From an uncultured Myxococcales bacterium (GTDB lineage: Bacteria > Myxococcota_A > Polyangia > JAAYKL01): a stretch of DNA of 64,000 bases. The stretch is from contig CAYWLQ010000004.1 of the NCBI GenBank assembly GCA_964458775.1, positions 15,526-79,525 on the forward strand, read 5' to 3'. The position numbers were made by a program, and so were the translations under genes. Below the pieces are notes generated by a model. It did not search any database and had not been told where the DNA came from. It was given only the letters and a program-made list of their open reading frames with translations. Every line of letters begins with the position of its first letter. Position 1 is the stretch's first letter. Below, in pieces: positions 36,661-49,300 of this stretch.

Positions 36661-36793
36661 GATGTTTATTTGCATTATTCTCTACTCTAAATACTACTTT
36701 ACTAAAAACTACATTAATTCAGTAAATTAAGAAGCCGGCAAGCATATTGCTAATACAGAGCTTCGAGTAGTTATTTAACCGAGGAGATACACC

Positions 36794-37972
36794 ATGTCCA
36801 ATCTGACAGTTCAAAATAGGCAATACGGGGCAAAAATATTGAGCAGAGATAAAGATTTAAACAAAAAGACAAAGGTTATGAACAATAGCAATTTATCTTC
36901 ATATTTGATGAATTTTAAAGCGAAAAGAACCTTGAGTGCTCGTGAGGAATATGATGCAGCCAAACATCTGAATGAGTTGGAGCGAAAACTTTGGCTAACA
37001 ATCCTTGATGACGAAAAACATTCGGTGTCTTTATTGAAAACTGTAATAAACGCAATTAGAGAGAGAAATTCTGAAAAGATCAATATGTTGCCGTTAGCAG
37101 AAATAGAGGATCTCACAAAACAGTTTACCCTAAGCAGAACAGTTGATATTGCAGAACAATTGATTTCAAAGCTTTACGAGATTGATGAGGACAAAGAACT
37201 ACTTGAATATGCAACAGTAACAATTGCAAACAAAGACGTAACAGATTTGCATATGCATCTCAAACAAGCCAAGCATCGCTTTATAGAAGACAACATGGGC
37301 CTTGTTGTAAATATTGCAAAAAGGTTCCACGTGGATCAAATGTCGCCGGCAGATCTCATTCAAGAAGGTAACATTGGCCTTATGAGAGCGGTAGACAAAT
37401 TTGATTATAAGAAAGGCTTTAGGTTTAGCACCTATGCCGCTTGGTGGATTCGCAGTTACATCAGCAGAGCAATTGTATTGAAAGCAAATACCGTTCGCAT
37501 TCCTGAATATATGCTTAGGGATAAGAACAGAATGAAAAGAACAGAGGAAGCAAGTAGGGTAAAGTTTGGAAGAACGCTAAACGATGATGAACTTGCAGCA
37601 GAGCTTGGAGTAAGCAACAAAAGACTTTCAAGGACCAAAAAACATGATGTTGCCTATGTTGAATCTCTGGATAGAGACATGCCGGGCGGTGACAATCAAA
37701 AATACGTAGATTTTCTTGCGGACGAAGAAACAAAGAACCCATTTGAAGCTGCCACTTTAAATAGTTGGATAAGAAATCTTCCTGAACGATTGTCCTTACT
37801 CAGCTCGGTTGAACGATTTGTTATCAGTCGACGTTTCGGACTAATTGACGGTAATGAAATGACTTTGCAGGAAATAGGTGAATGTTTAAGTCTATCAAGA
37901 GAACGAGTAAGACAAATTCAAGAAGAAGCGTTGGGAAAGCTTAGATCAGAACTGCAGATCAACGCTGCTTAG
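36794..37972 (+). CDS. RNA polymerase sigma factor, sigma-70 family (RpoD/RpoS/group 2-like)
   Basis: Region 2 'FIEDNMGLVVNIAKRF...LIQEGNIGLMRAVDKFDYKKGFRFSTYAAWWIR'. Region 4 'MTLQEIGECLSLSRERVRQIQEEAL'. Confidence 0.8.
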   Translation: MSNLTVQNRQYGAKILSRDKDLNKKTKVMNNSNLSSYLMNFKAKRTLSAREEYDAAKHLNELERKLWLTILDDEKHSVSLLKTVINAIRERNSEKINMLPLAEIEDLTKQFTLSRTVDIAEQLISKLYEIDEDKELLEYATVTIANKDVTDLHMHLKQAKHRFIEDNMGLVVNIAKRFHVDQMSPADLIQEGNIGLMRAVDKFDYKKGFRFSTYAAWWIRSYISRAIVLKANTVRIPEYMLRDKNRMKRTEEASRVKFGRTLNDDELAAELGVSNKRLSRTKKHDVAYVESLDRDMPGGDNQKYVDFLADEETKNPFEAATLNSWIRNLPERLSLLSSVERFVISRRFGLIDGNEMTLQEIGECLSLSRERVRQIQEEALGKLRSELQINAA

Positions 37973-38073
37973 TATTAAACTAGTCTTAGGCAAATCCCAA
38001 AAATCACTACATAATAATAAACTTTTTTTTAACCAACCTTTTTAAGACGTTACCATTTTCGCTGAGTAAAAGC

Positions 38074-38757
38074 TCATTGACGAGAACCGAAGATAGCTGT
38101 TCCAACTCTAACAATTGTTGAACCCTCCTCAATTGCCTGCTCAAAACTGTCGCTCATACCCATAGATAACATTGGAAGACGAGTAGCCCCACCATGACAG
38201 TCTCTGATTTGCCTGAGTTTTTTAAAATACTTTCTGGATTCTTCGGGTTCAATATCCCAAGGAGGTATTATCATCAAACCTTTTAGCTGAAGATGAGAAG
38301 CACCTTCTATTGCTTGAAGCACCGATTCTACCGACTCAGCAGCGACACCTGACTTTTGGGATTCATTTCCGATATTGATTTGAACCAAGCATTCTATACA
38401 GTGTTGATTCTTTGCTGCTGAAATTTCCAATTCTTTTACCAGATCAATTGAATCAACAGTTTCTAAGACAGCATTTGCTCCGATTATATACTTAATTTTA
38501 TTCTTTTGGAGATTACCGATGTAGTGCCATACAATATCTTTAAGATCAGCAAGATCTAGGCTTTTATCCCTCAGATGTTGAGCATAGTTTTCTGCAAAAT
38601 GACGCTGACCGGCAACATAGGCATCGCGTATAGCATTTGAAGAATGAAATTTAGATACCGCAACCAATGTAATTTCTTTGGGATCTCTATTTGCGCGCAG
38701 AGCCGCTGCCTCAATGCGTTTTCTAATATCTCCTAGATTTTTCGCAACAGTACTCAT
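38074..38757 (-). CDS. yggS: YggS-family pyridoxal phosphate homeostasis protein
   Basis: 'ITLVAVSKFHSSNAIRDAYVAGQRHFAENYAQ' (PLP Lys in VSK). 227 aa. Confidence 0.8.
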   Translation of the reverse strand: MSTVAKNLGDIRKRIEAAALRANRDPKEITLVAVSKFHSSNAIRDAYVAGQRHFAENYAQHLRDKSLDLADLKDIVWHYIGNLQKNKIKYIIGANAVLETVDSIDLVKELEISAAKNQHCIECLVQINIGNESQKSGVAAESVESVLQAIEGASHLQLKGLMIIPPWDIEPEESRKYFKKLRQIRDCHGGATRLPMLSMGMSDSFEQAIEEGSTIVRVGTAIFGSRQ

Positions 38758-39371
38758 TACAATGGGAAATCCGGCAAAGCTCCTATTTCAATTAGATCTC
38801 TCACTACCAGAGAGACCGGTAAGCCGACAACATTGAAGTAATTTCCTTCTATTCTATCTACTAGAAAGGTTCCATAACCTTGTACGGCATAAGCACCGGC
38901 CTTATCCATACCTTCTTTGGTCATAGCATAGCGTTCTATTTGTGTTTCCGTAAGAGTGTGGAAAGTTACTTTTGTTTCACAATAACAAACCAAGGGCGGT
39001 CTTCCGGTTTTTGTAATAGCATATCCGGTAATTACTAAATGAGTTTTTCCGGCAAGCTGTCGAATCATGTTTTTTGCTTCAGAAAAATCTTTTGGTTTTA
39101 AAAGAACTTGGTCATCTAAAACGACAATAGTATCTGCACTTAAAATCCAAGGTGATTCGTTGTCCGCTTCCAGGCGAATTCTAACCTCTTCACCTTTCTC
39201 CTGAGCAGCGCGTTTTGCAAAATCTAAAGGGGACTCGTTAGCTTTTCTGACTTCATCTATATATGAAGGAACTTGAATGAACGGTATGTTCAAATCCTTG
39301 AGAAGCGTGTTCCTTCTTGGAGATGATGAAGCCAATACAATAGGTTCTATTAAAGATTTGTTTTTCATCAT
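38757..39371 (-). CDS. maf: Maf-like nucleoside triphosphate pyrophosphatase (septum formation protein)
   Basis: 'IVLASSSPRRNTLLKDLNIPF' and 'ILSADTIVVLD'. The start is probably at the internal Met (39371 or 39368). Confidence 0.8.
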   Translation of the reverse strand: MMKNKSLIEPIVLASSSPRRNTLLKDLNIPFIQVPSYIDEVRKANESPLDFAKRAAQEKGEEVRIRLEADNESPWILSADTIVVLDDQVLLKPKDFSEAKNMIRQLAGKTHLVITGYAITKTGRPPLVCYCETKVTFHTLTETQIERYAMTKEGMDKAGAYAVQGYGTFLVDRIEGNYFNVVGLPVSLVVRDLIEIGALPDFPL

Positions 39372-39384
39372 GATAATATTTCTT

Positions 39385-41157
39385 CTATTGAGAATCGGAT
39401 ATAGTTTTAACTGCTCTGTCACTTGAAACTATATATGCAATTCCTACAAAAAAAAGAACTCCCAAGATCAAAGCAAGAAGAATGGCTGCCCACATATGTT
39501 TATTTTCTTTGTGAGCAGGAGGTTGTGAATTTGGCAACAGACCGCTTATAGCGATCATTTGTGACTCAACTAACAATTTACTGGAGAGATCATTTTCAAT
39601 TCCTGAAGATATGTCACGAGAAGAAACGGGTTTTCTTCTTTTACTAGAATGAAACAATAATTCAGGTTCTACTACTTCAGTTGTACTGGATCTTGTTTCA
39701 CTATTAATGTCCTTGTCTTCTGTCGAAGCTACACTGCTTGAATTATTTGGTTTTTCAAGCTGAAGACGTAAAGGTCGACATTTAGCAGGTACTATACGTT
39801 CAGGAGCAACATCCTGAAGATGATAAGCTCCCTTAGCCGGCTTGCTTATACTTGATGGAGATTTTACTTCCACTATTGGAGACTGTGAAGCAGGCATTGA
39901 GCTTCTTATTGTTTTGGGAGCAAACGGATTATCTATAAGCGCTTTCAAAAGATGCACAACACTTGTTATTGAAGCATTTTCAGAGGCAGTACGATTTACA
40001 TTTGTCGGGTTTTCAACAAAGCGAACCGCTCCGCATCTAAATAGAGTATGAATGATACGTTCAATTTCAAAAAGATCATTCTTGGCACCAAAGAACTGTC
40101 GAAATCGATTTAAATCTGCACCTTTAGCAATCTCTGCCGCTATATCTATTGCATATGATGATACAGTTTCAGATGCAGTGCGCAAAAAGTTCGGCCTTAC
40201 GGATATGTGAGATTCCAACTGCTTAAAATCTTTAGTGCTTCGTCCGAAAAGGCGTGAAAAATTTTTGGTAATACGGTTAATGATTTCTTCGGTATCAAAT
40301 GATTTCCGATTTACGAACTCTTTTTTCTTTTCTGCAAAAGTCCATTTGCCGGAGTCACACAACATTAACTGCATTATTGCATCTATGTCCTCATCCGCTT
40401 CACCGTCTATACCTTTCCGATATGCCGAAGTTATTTTTCCGTCTGACAAATCAACAGTGAACATGTTCCACGTATCGTTAACAGACAGAGAACCGCTAAG
40501 TTTTGCTGATGACAACACACGTAACAAAACGGCAGGCCCGGTCATTTCAACTCGATCACTAAGCGGACGCCTTGCCAATATACGTTCCTCAAGAACTCGA
40601 ACAGGAGCCAGAAGCTCCTCAAGCTGATTTAGAACGTCATCAAGTAATACTCTTCCTTCATCTTCAGATGTTTCTTCCCACCAACGAAGTAAAATCACCG
40701 AACTCCATCTCAAAAGAGGATGTCGTCTCAAGTTCTGTATAAAGGCAAACCCCTCTTCACCAGGACGAACGAAATCAGAAATAACAGCATCAGGCAAAAA
40801 TTTTGCTGCTTGAGTATATCCGCTGACCGAATGATCGCCCACAGCAACTTTTGCACCAAGCGCTCTAAGATCAACCGCTAAGGCATCCACTTTTATAGGA
40901 TCGCTGTCAATAACCAAAAGACGCAATCCATTGACTCGAAATTTTGCAGGAGATGTAGGAGGAAGCGAAGGTCGAATTTTAATTAAACGCTCTTGTTCCT
41001 TTTTTGGTTTTTCCGGAATTTCAATTACGCCGGACAAATCCTCCCAAGAGTCTTCGCCTAAGGATTTTTTTGGTTTGTAAGGAGAATAACTGATTTTATT
41101 CCGGTCATTCATAATCGTTTTACCAAAATAGCATAGTTTTCTAGTTATTTCGAGCAA
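39385..41157 (-). CDS. Response-regulator receiver domain protein with DUF4388-like domain and C-terminal TM anchor
   Basis: REC-like 'RLLVIDSDPIKVDALAVDLRALGAKV...DAVISDF'. DUF4388-like 'LLRVLSSAKLSGSLSVND'. C-terminal TM 'MWAAILLALILGVLFFVGIAYIV'. The start is ambiguous (TTG at 41157 or ATG at 41112). Confidence 0.55.
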   Translation of the reverse strand: MLEITRKLCYFGKTIMNDRNKISYSPYKPKKSLGEDSWEDLSGVIEIPEKPKKEQERLIKIRPSLPPTSPAKFRVNGLRLLVIDSDPIKVDALAVDLRALGAKVAVGDHSVSGYTQAAKFLPDAVISDFVRPGEEGFAFIQNLRRHPLLRWSSVILLRWWEETSEDEGRVLLDDVLNQLEELLAPVRVLEERILARRPLSDRVEMTGPAVLLRVLSSAKLSGSLSVNDTWNMFTVDLSDGKITSAYRKGIDGEADEDIDAIMQLMLCDSGKWTFAEKKKEFVNRKSFDTEEIINRITKNFSRLFGRSTKDFKQLESHISVRPNFLRTASETVSSYAIDIAAEIAKGADLNRFRQFFGAKNDLFEIERIIHTLFRCGAVRFVENPTNVNRTASENASITSVVHLLKALIDNPFAPKTIRSSMPASQSPIVEVKSPSSISKPAKGAYHLQDVAPERIVPAKCRPLRLQLEKPNNSSSVASTEDKDINSETRSSTTEVVEPELLFHSSKRRKPVSSRDISSGIENDLSSKLLVESQMIAISGLLPNSQPPAHKENKHMWAAILLALILGVLFFVGIAYIVSSDRAVKTISDSQ

Positions 41158-41312
41158 AATGGCCTGTCATTAATGAACGGCCGTTATTATTTACATCCAA
41201 AAATATTGACGTTTTTTGTTTGATGTCAAAACATAAACTGGCAGTTTTCCATCGAGTCGCATTTTTAGCGTTATAAATTCTATGGTAATAATTGCTGTTG
41301 TGAGGTGATACC

Positions 41313-42764
41313 ATGGAAGACAATGTAAGTACTGAGAAAATTGATAGCCGACATGGTCAAGTTTCTGAACAAACATGGTCTTACCTTGTCGAACACGGTA
41401 TGGTTGAGGCGTTATTTGACCTTCTAGATGACGGAATTATTGTTCATGATGAACATAGAAATATTCTTTTAATAAATACAGCAGCCGAAGCGTTAACCGG
41501 TTTATCAAGAAAAGAAATATTAGGGCATGATTGTCACAGCTTGTTTCCCAAAACCGGCTTATGCGGTGCAGCCTGCGCCTTTAAAAATGAGAAAGAAATA
41601 AAAAACGAAGAACGCGAACATGAAGTGTATTTTCATCGTTCTGACGGAGAAACAAGATATGTTCGTATCAAATCTGTACCGATTTTCTTGGACAACAAGC
41701 ACAGAGGTGTACTTGCAGTGGTAAGGGACATTTCAGAGGTAGAAGACCTGAAATTTCGAAGAACCCATCATACAAAGTTTCATGGAATGATAGGAACATC
41801 TCACAGTATGTTGCAAGTGTTTGAAACAATTAGATCTGTAGGACCTTCTGATTATCCGGTTCTAATCATGGGAGAAAGCGGAACCGGCAAAGAGCTGGCC
41901 GCTGCAGCCATTCATCAAGAAAGCAGAAGAAAAGCCGGACCTTTTGTACCGGTTAATTGCGGTGCTTTACCGGAGAATATTCTTGAAAGCGAGTTATTTG
42001 GGCATGTTAGGGGTGCGTTTACCGGCGCAATTAGAGATAAAAAAGGTAGATTTGAACTTGCTGACGGAGGAACAATTTTTTTGGACGAAGTGGGAGAATT
42101 GCCGCTTCATATGCAAACCAAACTTTTGCGCGTACTTCAGGAAAGCAGTTTTGAGCGCGTTGGAGGAGAAAGATCTGTTAAAGTTGATATTAGGGTGGTT
42201 GCCGCTACCAATCGAGATCTTCGAGAAATGGTTGCAAGAGGTGCGTTTAGAGAAGATTTGTTTTATAGGCTATGCGTGGTCCCTGTTGAGTTACCCCCTC
42301 TAAGACAACGTATTGAGGACATTCCACATATTATTGCGGATATTTTGGATAATGTTAACACGGAAACGGGCAAGCAAATAGGTTCGGTTTCAGACGGTGC
42401 TATAAAGTTGTTGCTTGCACATTCATGGAGAGGAAATGTTCGAGAGCTTATAAACGCTCTACAATATGCTTCTGTAATATGCAAAGGAACAGTTATATTA
42501 GAAGAAAATCTACCATATGAAATACGCTTTCCTAATTCTGATTCTTACCTTCCGCCGTCCGGTTTGAATGACAGAAACGTATTTAAATCAAGTACTGCAG
42601 CAAATACTTCTGTCTTTGATGGAAGAAAGCGTTTAACAGTCCAAAATGTTCAAGATGCATTGACACAAACCGGCGGAAATCGGCTTAGAGCAGCAAAACT
42701 ACTAGGAATAGGTCGCGCAACCCTTTATAGATTTCTTTCGGAACACAAAGCCCACATATTATAA
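41313..42764 (+). CDS. Sigma-54-dependent transcriptional activator with N-terminal PAS domain and C-terminal Fis-type HTH
   Basis: '[18 protein letters not shown]', 'GAFTGA', '[15 protein letters not shown]'. HTH '[17 protein letters not shown]'. There is a GAGGTGA RBS. Confidence 0.85.
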   Translation: MEDNVSTEKIDSRHGQVSEQTWSYLVEHGMVEALFDLLDDGIIVHDEHRNILLINTAAEALTGLSRKEILGHDCHSLFPKTGLCGAACAFKNEKEIKNEEREHEVYFHRSDGETRYVRIKSVPIFLDNKHRGVLAVVRDISEVEDLKFRRTHHTKFHGMIGTSHSMLQVFETIRSVGPSDYPVLIMGESGTGKELAAAAIHQESRRKAGPFVPVNCGALPENILESELFGHVRGAFTGAIRDKKGRFELADGGTIFLDEVGELPLHMQTKLLRVLQESSFERVGGERSVKVDIRVVAATNRDLREMVARGAFREDLFYRLCVVPVELPPLRQRIEDIPHIIADILDNVNTETGKQIGSVSDGAIKLLLAHSWRGNVRELINALQYASVICKGTVILEENLPYEIRFPNSDSYLPPSGLNDRNVFKSSTAANTSVFDGRKRLTVQNVQDALTQTGGNRLRAAKLLGIGRATLYRFLSEHKAHIL

Positions 42765-42983
42765 TAATTGCCAATTATACCGTATTATCATTAATTAATA
42801 ACGCATGCCTCGATTAGCACTCATGATGGGTGATTGGTATAATACAAATATTTTTATTTAATTTTTATGGGAAAGTTTTACCCTTTCAGAACACATAATA
42901 AACTAGTGATGTTTATAATTGAGAAATGAACTTTATAAATCAATTAAGACCGACTTTATATTTTTTACGAAAGGTCATCTACA

Positions 42984-45900
42984 ATGAATATTAAAGAAGC
43001 AAAAATTAGACTAAACAAAAATGAACTATTTCTACGATTTTTATGTGCAGTTTTTTTGTTAGGACTTGCAGCGACAATGTCGTGTGAAGGAGACGGACCT
43101 AAAATCGGAAAAGACGGTTCAGATGCTGATGCAGATAGTGATTCGGACATTGATGCAGATGCAGATTCGGATATTGATGTAGATACGAATAACATTCCAG
43201 GCGATACCGACAATAACGGTTCTGATACTGCTATTTGTGTGGGATTGGAGGCAATAGGTGATCCAAGATGTAGAATGGAACCTTCCGGCCCGGCCTGCGG
43301 AGATGCGGAGATTAATCAAGAAAGTGAGGAATGTGACGACGGAAACACACTTCCAGGTGACGGTTGCAACGGAATTTGCAGAGTCGAACCAAACTGGGTT
43401 TGTCCTAAACCCGGTGAAAAATGTACCCTGCTTATTATTTGCGGTAACGGAAAAATAGAACCGGGTGAGGTATGTGATGACGGAAATAATATTGATGATG
43501 ACGGTTGCAACAATAAGTGTGAGCAGAGCCCCAATTATATTTGCCCAAGGCCTAATGAGGCTTGTCAAAGAGTGGTGGTGTGCAACGACGGACGAATTGG
43601 GGGTGATGAAACCTGTGAAGACGGTAACACAATTTCCGGAGACGGTTGTGATGAGAATTGCCACAGAGAAGACGGTTGGATATGTTTAATTCCGGGGCAA
43701 AAATGTGTTCCCAGAAATGTTTGCGGTGACAGCATTCTAAGCGCCGCTGACGGAGAAAAATGTGATGACGGCAATACAAGAGACGGTGATGGGTGTGCCG
43801 GAGATTGCAAGAGTATCGAATCAGGTTATGTTTGTCCTGAAGCCGGAAAACAATGTGTTAACACAACAGTATGCGGTGACGGCAGAGTTTCAGGATCGGA
43901 AACCTGCGATGATGCTAATGATGATCCGGCCGACGGATGTGATAACTGTGCATTACAGCCCGGCTATGAATGCCCTTTCCCCGGCGCCAAATGTCTTGCC
44001 AAATGCGGAGACGGAATAATATTGCTCAATGAAGAGTGTGACGACGGAAATACTCAGGACGGCGACGGATGTACAAGTACCTGCGAATGGGAAGACGGCT
44101 TTATCTGTACCGGCACACCTCCTAACTATGTGTGCCGAGAAACAGTTTGCGGAGACTCCAAAGTGGAAGGTACGGAGGCATGTGACGACGGAAATAACAA
44201 CATGGGAGACGGATGTACTCCATTCTGCGATAAAGAACCTATCTGTAATGGAGGTGCTTGCACTTCAACTTGCGGTGACAGTCTTTTGCTTACCAGCATG
44301 GGGGAAGAATGTGATGACGGTAATGCTCGTGACGGAGACGGTTGCTCTTCCAGTTGCAAAATAGAACCCGGATTTCAATGTGTACAACCGCCTATTGGCG
44401 ATAAAATGACTATTCCGTTAGTAGTTAGAGACTTTCCGGGCACTCACGCAGACTTTGAGAACGGGGTTACAGGCTCTGTTGATGCAACATTAGGTTTAGT
44501 AAAGGATACATTGGATGCTGACGGTAAACCGGTATTTGCCGGCGCAAACTCTACAGGACATATTGCAAGTGCAGCTTCTTTTGCTGAATGGTTTAGGGAT
44601 GCTTCATCCAATACAACCGTTGTAACTTCACTGACGCTCTATGATAACGGCAACGGTGGTTATGTTAACCGATGGGGACCTGACGGTGAGCCTTTTGCTT
44701 ATTACACTGATGCAGTATGGTGCGGAAACGGAGGAGCCGGTTGTACTGAATGTACGGAAGATCAATATGATGTTTGCTTAGACCCATGCACATATTGGGG
44801 TAACGGCAATACTTCGGCTTGTGGAGTTCAGGCAGTTTACATGGAGGGAAATCCTGTTTTCTTTCCCGCTGACGGTATAGCCGGTGCAACTCCTTTGTCT
44901 ATAGCTCAAATACCGCCGCCTTATGCTGACAGTTGGCCTGCTGAGTTTCCGGATCTTGATGTGGCGGACCAGCCTAAGCATAATTTCGCCTTTACCAGTG
45001 AAGTCAGATATTGGTTTCAGTATAATTCTGCACAAACCTACACACTTGACTTCTTGGGGGATGATGATGTTTGGGTTTTCCTAAACAATAAGTTGGCTGT
45101 TGATCTAGGAGGTATTCATACTCCTGTAGCCGGTAACCTAACAATTGCCGGTTTGGCAGACGGTACAGCCTACGGAATGGAAGACGGCAAGGTTTACGAA
45201 ATAGTGGTTTTCCAAGCTGAGCGTCAAACCACTTGCTCCTCCTATCAGCTAACTCTTAGCGGTTTTAATGCTGCAGAAACAAAATGCGGACCTATTTGCG
45301 GTGATGCCGTAATGTCTCCGGGAGAACAATGTGATAACGGAGATGCTGAAAACACCGGAGGTTACGGCAAGTGTCAACCTGATTGTACGAGAGGACCTTA
45401 TTGCGGTGACGGCAAAGTTCAAAATGATATTGATTCGGTAACCGGTGAACCGTACGAGCAATGTGACGACGGTGTGAACGTAAGCCCTTATAGCATAGAT
45501 ATGACCTCAGGCTGCTCTCCCGGATGCATCCAGCCTCCATATTGCGGTGACGGTATTGTTCAGGGAGCGTTTGGAGAGACCTGTGATGACGGAGTAAATG
45601 ACGGTTCTTATGGCGGATGTTCAAGCACTTGCGGATATGCCGCATGGTGCGGAGACGGAATTAAACAAGAGGCCTTTGGAGAAGAATGCGACGACGGTTT
45701 GAATGACGGAACCTATAATACATGTTCTCCGGGATGCAAAGCTCCTCCTCGTTGCGGTGACGGCATACTTCAAATAGAATGGGGTGAGCAATGTGAAATA
45801 GGAGAAGCAAACTGCAGCGACAAATGCAATTGGCTGGGAGTTTGCGGCGACGGTTCTGTTGATGACGGAGAAGAATGTGATGATGGAGTCAACGACGGCG

Positions 45901-46184
45901 GTTACGGAGAATGTGCTCCGGAATGCAAACTAGGTCCATATTGCGGTGACGGAGCAGTTGAAACATCTATTAATCCGGCCACGAGCAATCCTTACGAACT
46001 CTGTGATGATAGAAATAACAAAGGCGGCTATGGAGAATGTGCTCCGGGATGTGTACTTGGACCGAGATGCGGAGACGGAATCCCTCAGCCGGGATATGAA
46101 GAATGTGATGAAGGTGAAAAAAACGGAACTTCGCAATCCCTTTGTACCTCTGCTTGCAAGGAAATATTAATCATTCCTATTTGA
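42984..46184 (+). CDS. Giant secreted (lipoprotein-like) Cys-rich repeat protein with central fibro-slime domain
   Basis: Signal with Cys '[11 protein letters not shown]'. An Asp/Ser acidic linker follows. There are 12 or more N-terminal repeats 'CGxGxxExGExCDDGNxxxGDGC', a central '[28 protein letters not shown]...[14 protein letters not shown]' fibro-slime motif, and 8 or more C-terminal Cys repeats. Confidence 0.8.
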   Translation: MNIKEAKIRLNKNELFLRFLCAVFLLGLAATMSCEGDGPKIGKDGSDADADSDSDIDADADSDIDVDTNNIPGDTDNNGSDTAICVGLEAIGDPRCRMEPSGPACGDAEINQESEECDDGNTLPGDGCNGICRVEPNWVCPKPGEKCTLLIICGNGKIEPGEVCDDGNNIDDDGCNNKCEQSPNYICPRPNEACQRVVVCNDGRIGGDETCEDGNTISGDGCDENCHREDGWICLIPGQKCVPRNVCGDSILSAADGEKCDDGNTRDGDGCAGDCKSIESGYVCPEAGKQCVNTTVCGDGRVSGSETCDDANDDPADGCDNCALQPGYECPFPGAKCLAKCGDGIILLNEECDDGNTQDGDGCTSTCEWEDGFICTGTPPNYVCRETVCGDSKVEGTEACDDGNNNMGDGCTPFCDKEPICNGGACTSTCGDSLLLTSMGEECDDGNARDGDGCSSSCKIEPGFQCVQPPIGDKMTIPLVVRDFPGTHADFENGVTGSVDATLGLVKDTLDADGKPVFAGANSTGHIASAASFAEWFRDASSNTTVVTSLTLYDNGNGGYVNRWGPDGEPFAYYTDAVWCGNGGAGCTECTEDQYDVCLDPCTYWGNGNTSACGVQAVYMEGNPVFFPADGIAGATPLSIAQIPPPYADSWPAEFPDLDVADQPKHNFAFTSEVRYWFQYNSAQTYTLDFLGDDDVWVFLNNKLAVDLGGIHTPVAGNLTIAGLADGTAYGMEDGKVYEIVVFQAERQTTCSSYQLTLSGFNAAETKCGPICGDAVMSPGEQCDNGDAENTGGYGKCQPDCTRGPYCGDGKVQNDIDSVTGEPYEQCDDGVNVSPYSIDMTSGCSPGCIQPPYCGDGIVQGAFGETCDDGVNDGSYGGCSSTCGYAAWCGDGIKQEAFGEECDDGLNDGTYNTCSPGCKAPPRCGDGILQIEWGEQCEIGEANCSDKCNWLGVCGDGSVDDGEECDDGVNDGGYGECAPECKLGPYCGDGAVETSINPATSNPYELCDDRNNKGGYGECAPGCVLGPRCGDGIPQPGYEECDEGEKNGTSQSLCTSACKEILIIPI

Positions 46185-46321
46185 CATCGACTTGATCCTG
46201 TTTTTAGTTTAATTGAAATATTCTATTTCATTTGAGAGGCTTCCTAATCTCTGCTACCTTTTATTAATAGAGGACTTTTTGTTTAGAATTAACTTGTTTA
46301 TTAGAATGAAGGATTGAAATC

Positions 46322-49300
46322 ATGACAACAATTAGATTCTTAAATGGACTATGCTGTATGAAGGGGTTTGTTTTAATAATAGTCAGTTTGTTTGTCTTCG
46401 TTGCAACAACATCATGTGAAGGCGGCGGACCGGAAATAATTTCGGGCGGTGATGCGGATGCGGATTCTGACGCTGACGGGGATACCGACCGCGAAGGTGA
46501 TTCGGTAACGCCCGGCGATACAAGCGACAAAGAAAACAATACCGACAATAGTGGAGATACGGCTATCTGCGCAGGACCGGACGCAATAGGCGACCCAAGA
46601 TGTCGAATGGAACCTTCCGGACCGGCCTGCGGTGATGGGGAAATTAATCAAGAAAGCGAGACGTGTGACGACGGCAATACACTTCCTGGTGACGGTTGCA
46701 ACGGTATTTGTAGAGTTGAACCCAACTGGCAATGTCCGGTACCGGGAGAAAAATGTATTTTGTTGATTGTTTGCGGCAACGGAAAGATTGAACCCGGCGA
46801 AGTATGTGATGACGGTAACACTATTGATGACGACGGATGCAACAGCACTTGTACTATTCAGAGCGCTAATTTTATATGTCCTACTCCCGGTGAGAAATGC
46901 CAACGTGTTGAGTTTTGCGGAAACGGAAGAATAGGCGGAGATGAAACCTGTGAAGACGGAAATACTGTTTCAGGAGACGGGTGCGATGAGAATTGTAAAA
47001 GGGAAGAAGGCTGGCTTTGTCTTATACCCGGTGAAAAATGTGTAAAAAAGAACGTTTGCGGTGACGGTCGGTTAGCTGTTGCCGATGGTGAGATATGTGA
47101 CGACGGAAATACCGTTAACGGTGACGGATGCTCAGCAGATTGTAAATCCATTGAACCCGGTTATGTATGTCCTGATCCCGGTCGGCAGTGTATAAATACA
47201 ACTCTTTGCGGTGACGGTCGTGTTTCAGGAAATGAAACATGTGACGATGCTAACAATGATCCCAGTGACGGATGCGATAATTGCAAAATTCAAACAGGCT
47301 ATGAGTGTCCTTTCCCCGGAGCGAAATGCATACCCAAATGCGGAGACGGTTTAACAATTCTCAACGAAGAATGTGATGACAAAAATACTGACAACGGCGA
47401 CGGTTGTACAAGCACCTGTGAGTGGGAAGACGGTTTTGTCTGCTCGGGAACACCTCCCGATTATGTATGTAGAGCCACAAAATGCGGTGACGGAAAAGCC
47501 GAAGGAACAGAGGCATGTGATGACGGCAACAATATTCCCGGCGACGGTTGTTCTCCGACTTGTCGTTGGGAACCTGCATGTTCAGGCGGACAATGCAGCT
47601 CTCCATGCGGTGACGGTTTGGTTGTCAACGAGGAATGCGACGATGGTAATACTAATGATGGAGACGGTTGTTCGTCAGGTTGCAAGATAGAAGACGGTTT
47701 TGTTTGTAAACAAGCGCCCATGGGAGATTCTATGATGGTTCCGGTGGTATATAGGGATTTTACTACTTCCCATCCGGACTTTGAACCTAGTGCTACCGGT
47801 CTCAGTGCAGCTGCTACAGGTTTGGTTCAAGATAGATTAGATGCAGACGGCAAACCTGTTTTTGCGGGAGTGCCGGGAGGAGCAGGACTTGTTACAAGCG
47901 CATCCTCTTTTTCTCAGTGGTATAGGGATGTGACCGGAGTAAATGCAACTATTGTAGATACAATGACCCTATATGCAAATGGGAGCGGGGGTTTTGTTAA
48001 TAGATGGGGTACTGACGGAGAACAATGGGCATCCTATAAAGAAGTTTGGTGTGCGCCGGACAATCCGGACGAAATCACCGATCCTTGTGTATATATATAT
48101 AACGCTGATGATTGTGACGAGCTTCGGGATCAATTGGTAGATTGTGTAGTTCACGGAGGTGCACAATGGGGAGTTTATATTGATCAGGCTTATGACGGCA
48201 ATCCGACCTTTTTTCCATTAGACAATCACCCGGATGCCATAACGCCTCTATCCGAGTACTCTTATGCTCAAATACCTCCGGCATATGACACAAGTGAGAG
48301 CTGGCCGTCGGACGAAGGCAGCCATAATTTTCATTTTACCAGTGAAGTTCGCTATTGGTTTAAATATGAAGCAGATCAGGTTTTCACTTTGGACTTTACA
48401 GGGGATGATGACGTATGGGTTTTTGTAAACAATCGTTTGGCTGTTGATCTGGGAGGCATTCACACTCCGGTAGACGGCAGCTTGAGGCTTGCTTCTGCTG
48501 CCGACGGTGCAAAATACGATATGGAAGACGGAAAGGTATATGAGATAGTAGTCTTTCAGGCTGAACGTCAGATAACTTCATCCACCTACAAACTTACGCT
48601 CAGCGGATTTAATTCTTCTGAAAGCAAGTGCGGACCTGTTTGCGGAGACGCTATTTTGTCGCCGGGAGAACAATGTGACAACGGCAAAGAACAAAATGTC
48701 GGAGGATACGGCAAATGCGACCCCGAATGTACTAGAGGACCGTATTGCGGTGACGGTATTGTTGAAACAACTATTAATCCGGACAATGAGATGCCCTATG
48801 AGCAGTGTGATGACGGTGTAAATATAAGTCCATACGGAATGAAACAAACCGACGGATGTTCTCCAGGATGTGTTTTACCGCCGTATTGCGGCGATTCAAT
48901 AGTTCAAGGTGCTTTTGGAGAGACTTGTGACGACGGCATCAACGACGGAAGCTACGGCGGTTGTACTTCCCAGTGCGGTTTGGCACCATGGTGCGGTGAT
49001 GGAAATAAACAAGAAGAATTCGATGAAGAATGCGATGACGGTCTAAATGACGGAACCTATAATACCTGTTCTCCCGGATGCAAGCTTCCTCCTCGCTGCG
49101 GTGACGGCATACTTCAAATAGAATGGGGAGAACAGTGCGACAGTACAGATGATTGCGGACCCAACTGCAAATTTTTAGGAATATGCGGTGACGGTGTTGT
49201 GGATGATGACGAGCAATGCGATGACGGAATGAATATCGGCGGCTATGGAGAATGTGCACCGGGTTGTGTAATAGGACCTCATTGCGGTGACGGAGCAGTT

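Noticed and set aside
43119-43664. 181-aa minus-strand ORF, with many similar antisense ORFs at 43316-44359, 46412-47151 and 47361-49435, inside the giant Cys-repeat genes
   Set aside because: These lie entirely antisense to strongly supported CDSs. The low-complexity translations (P/S/H-rich) are typical of the reverse frames of GC-skewed repeat DNA. They have no RBS or motifs.
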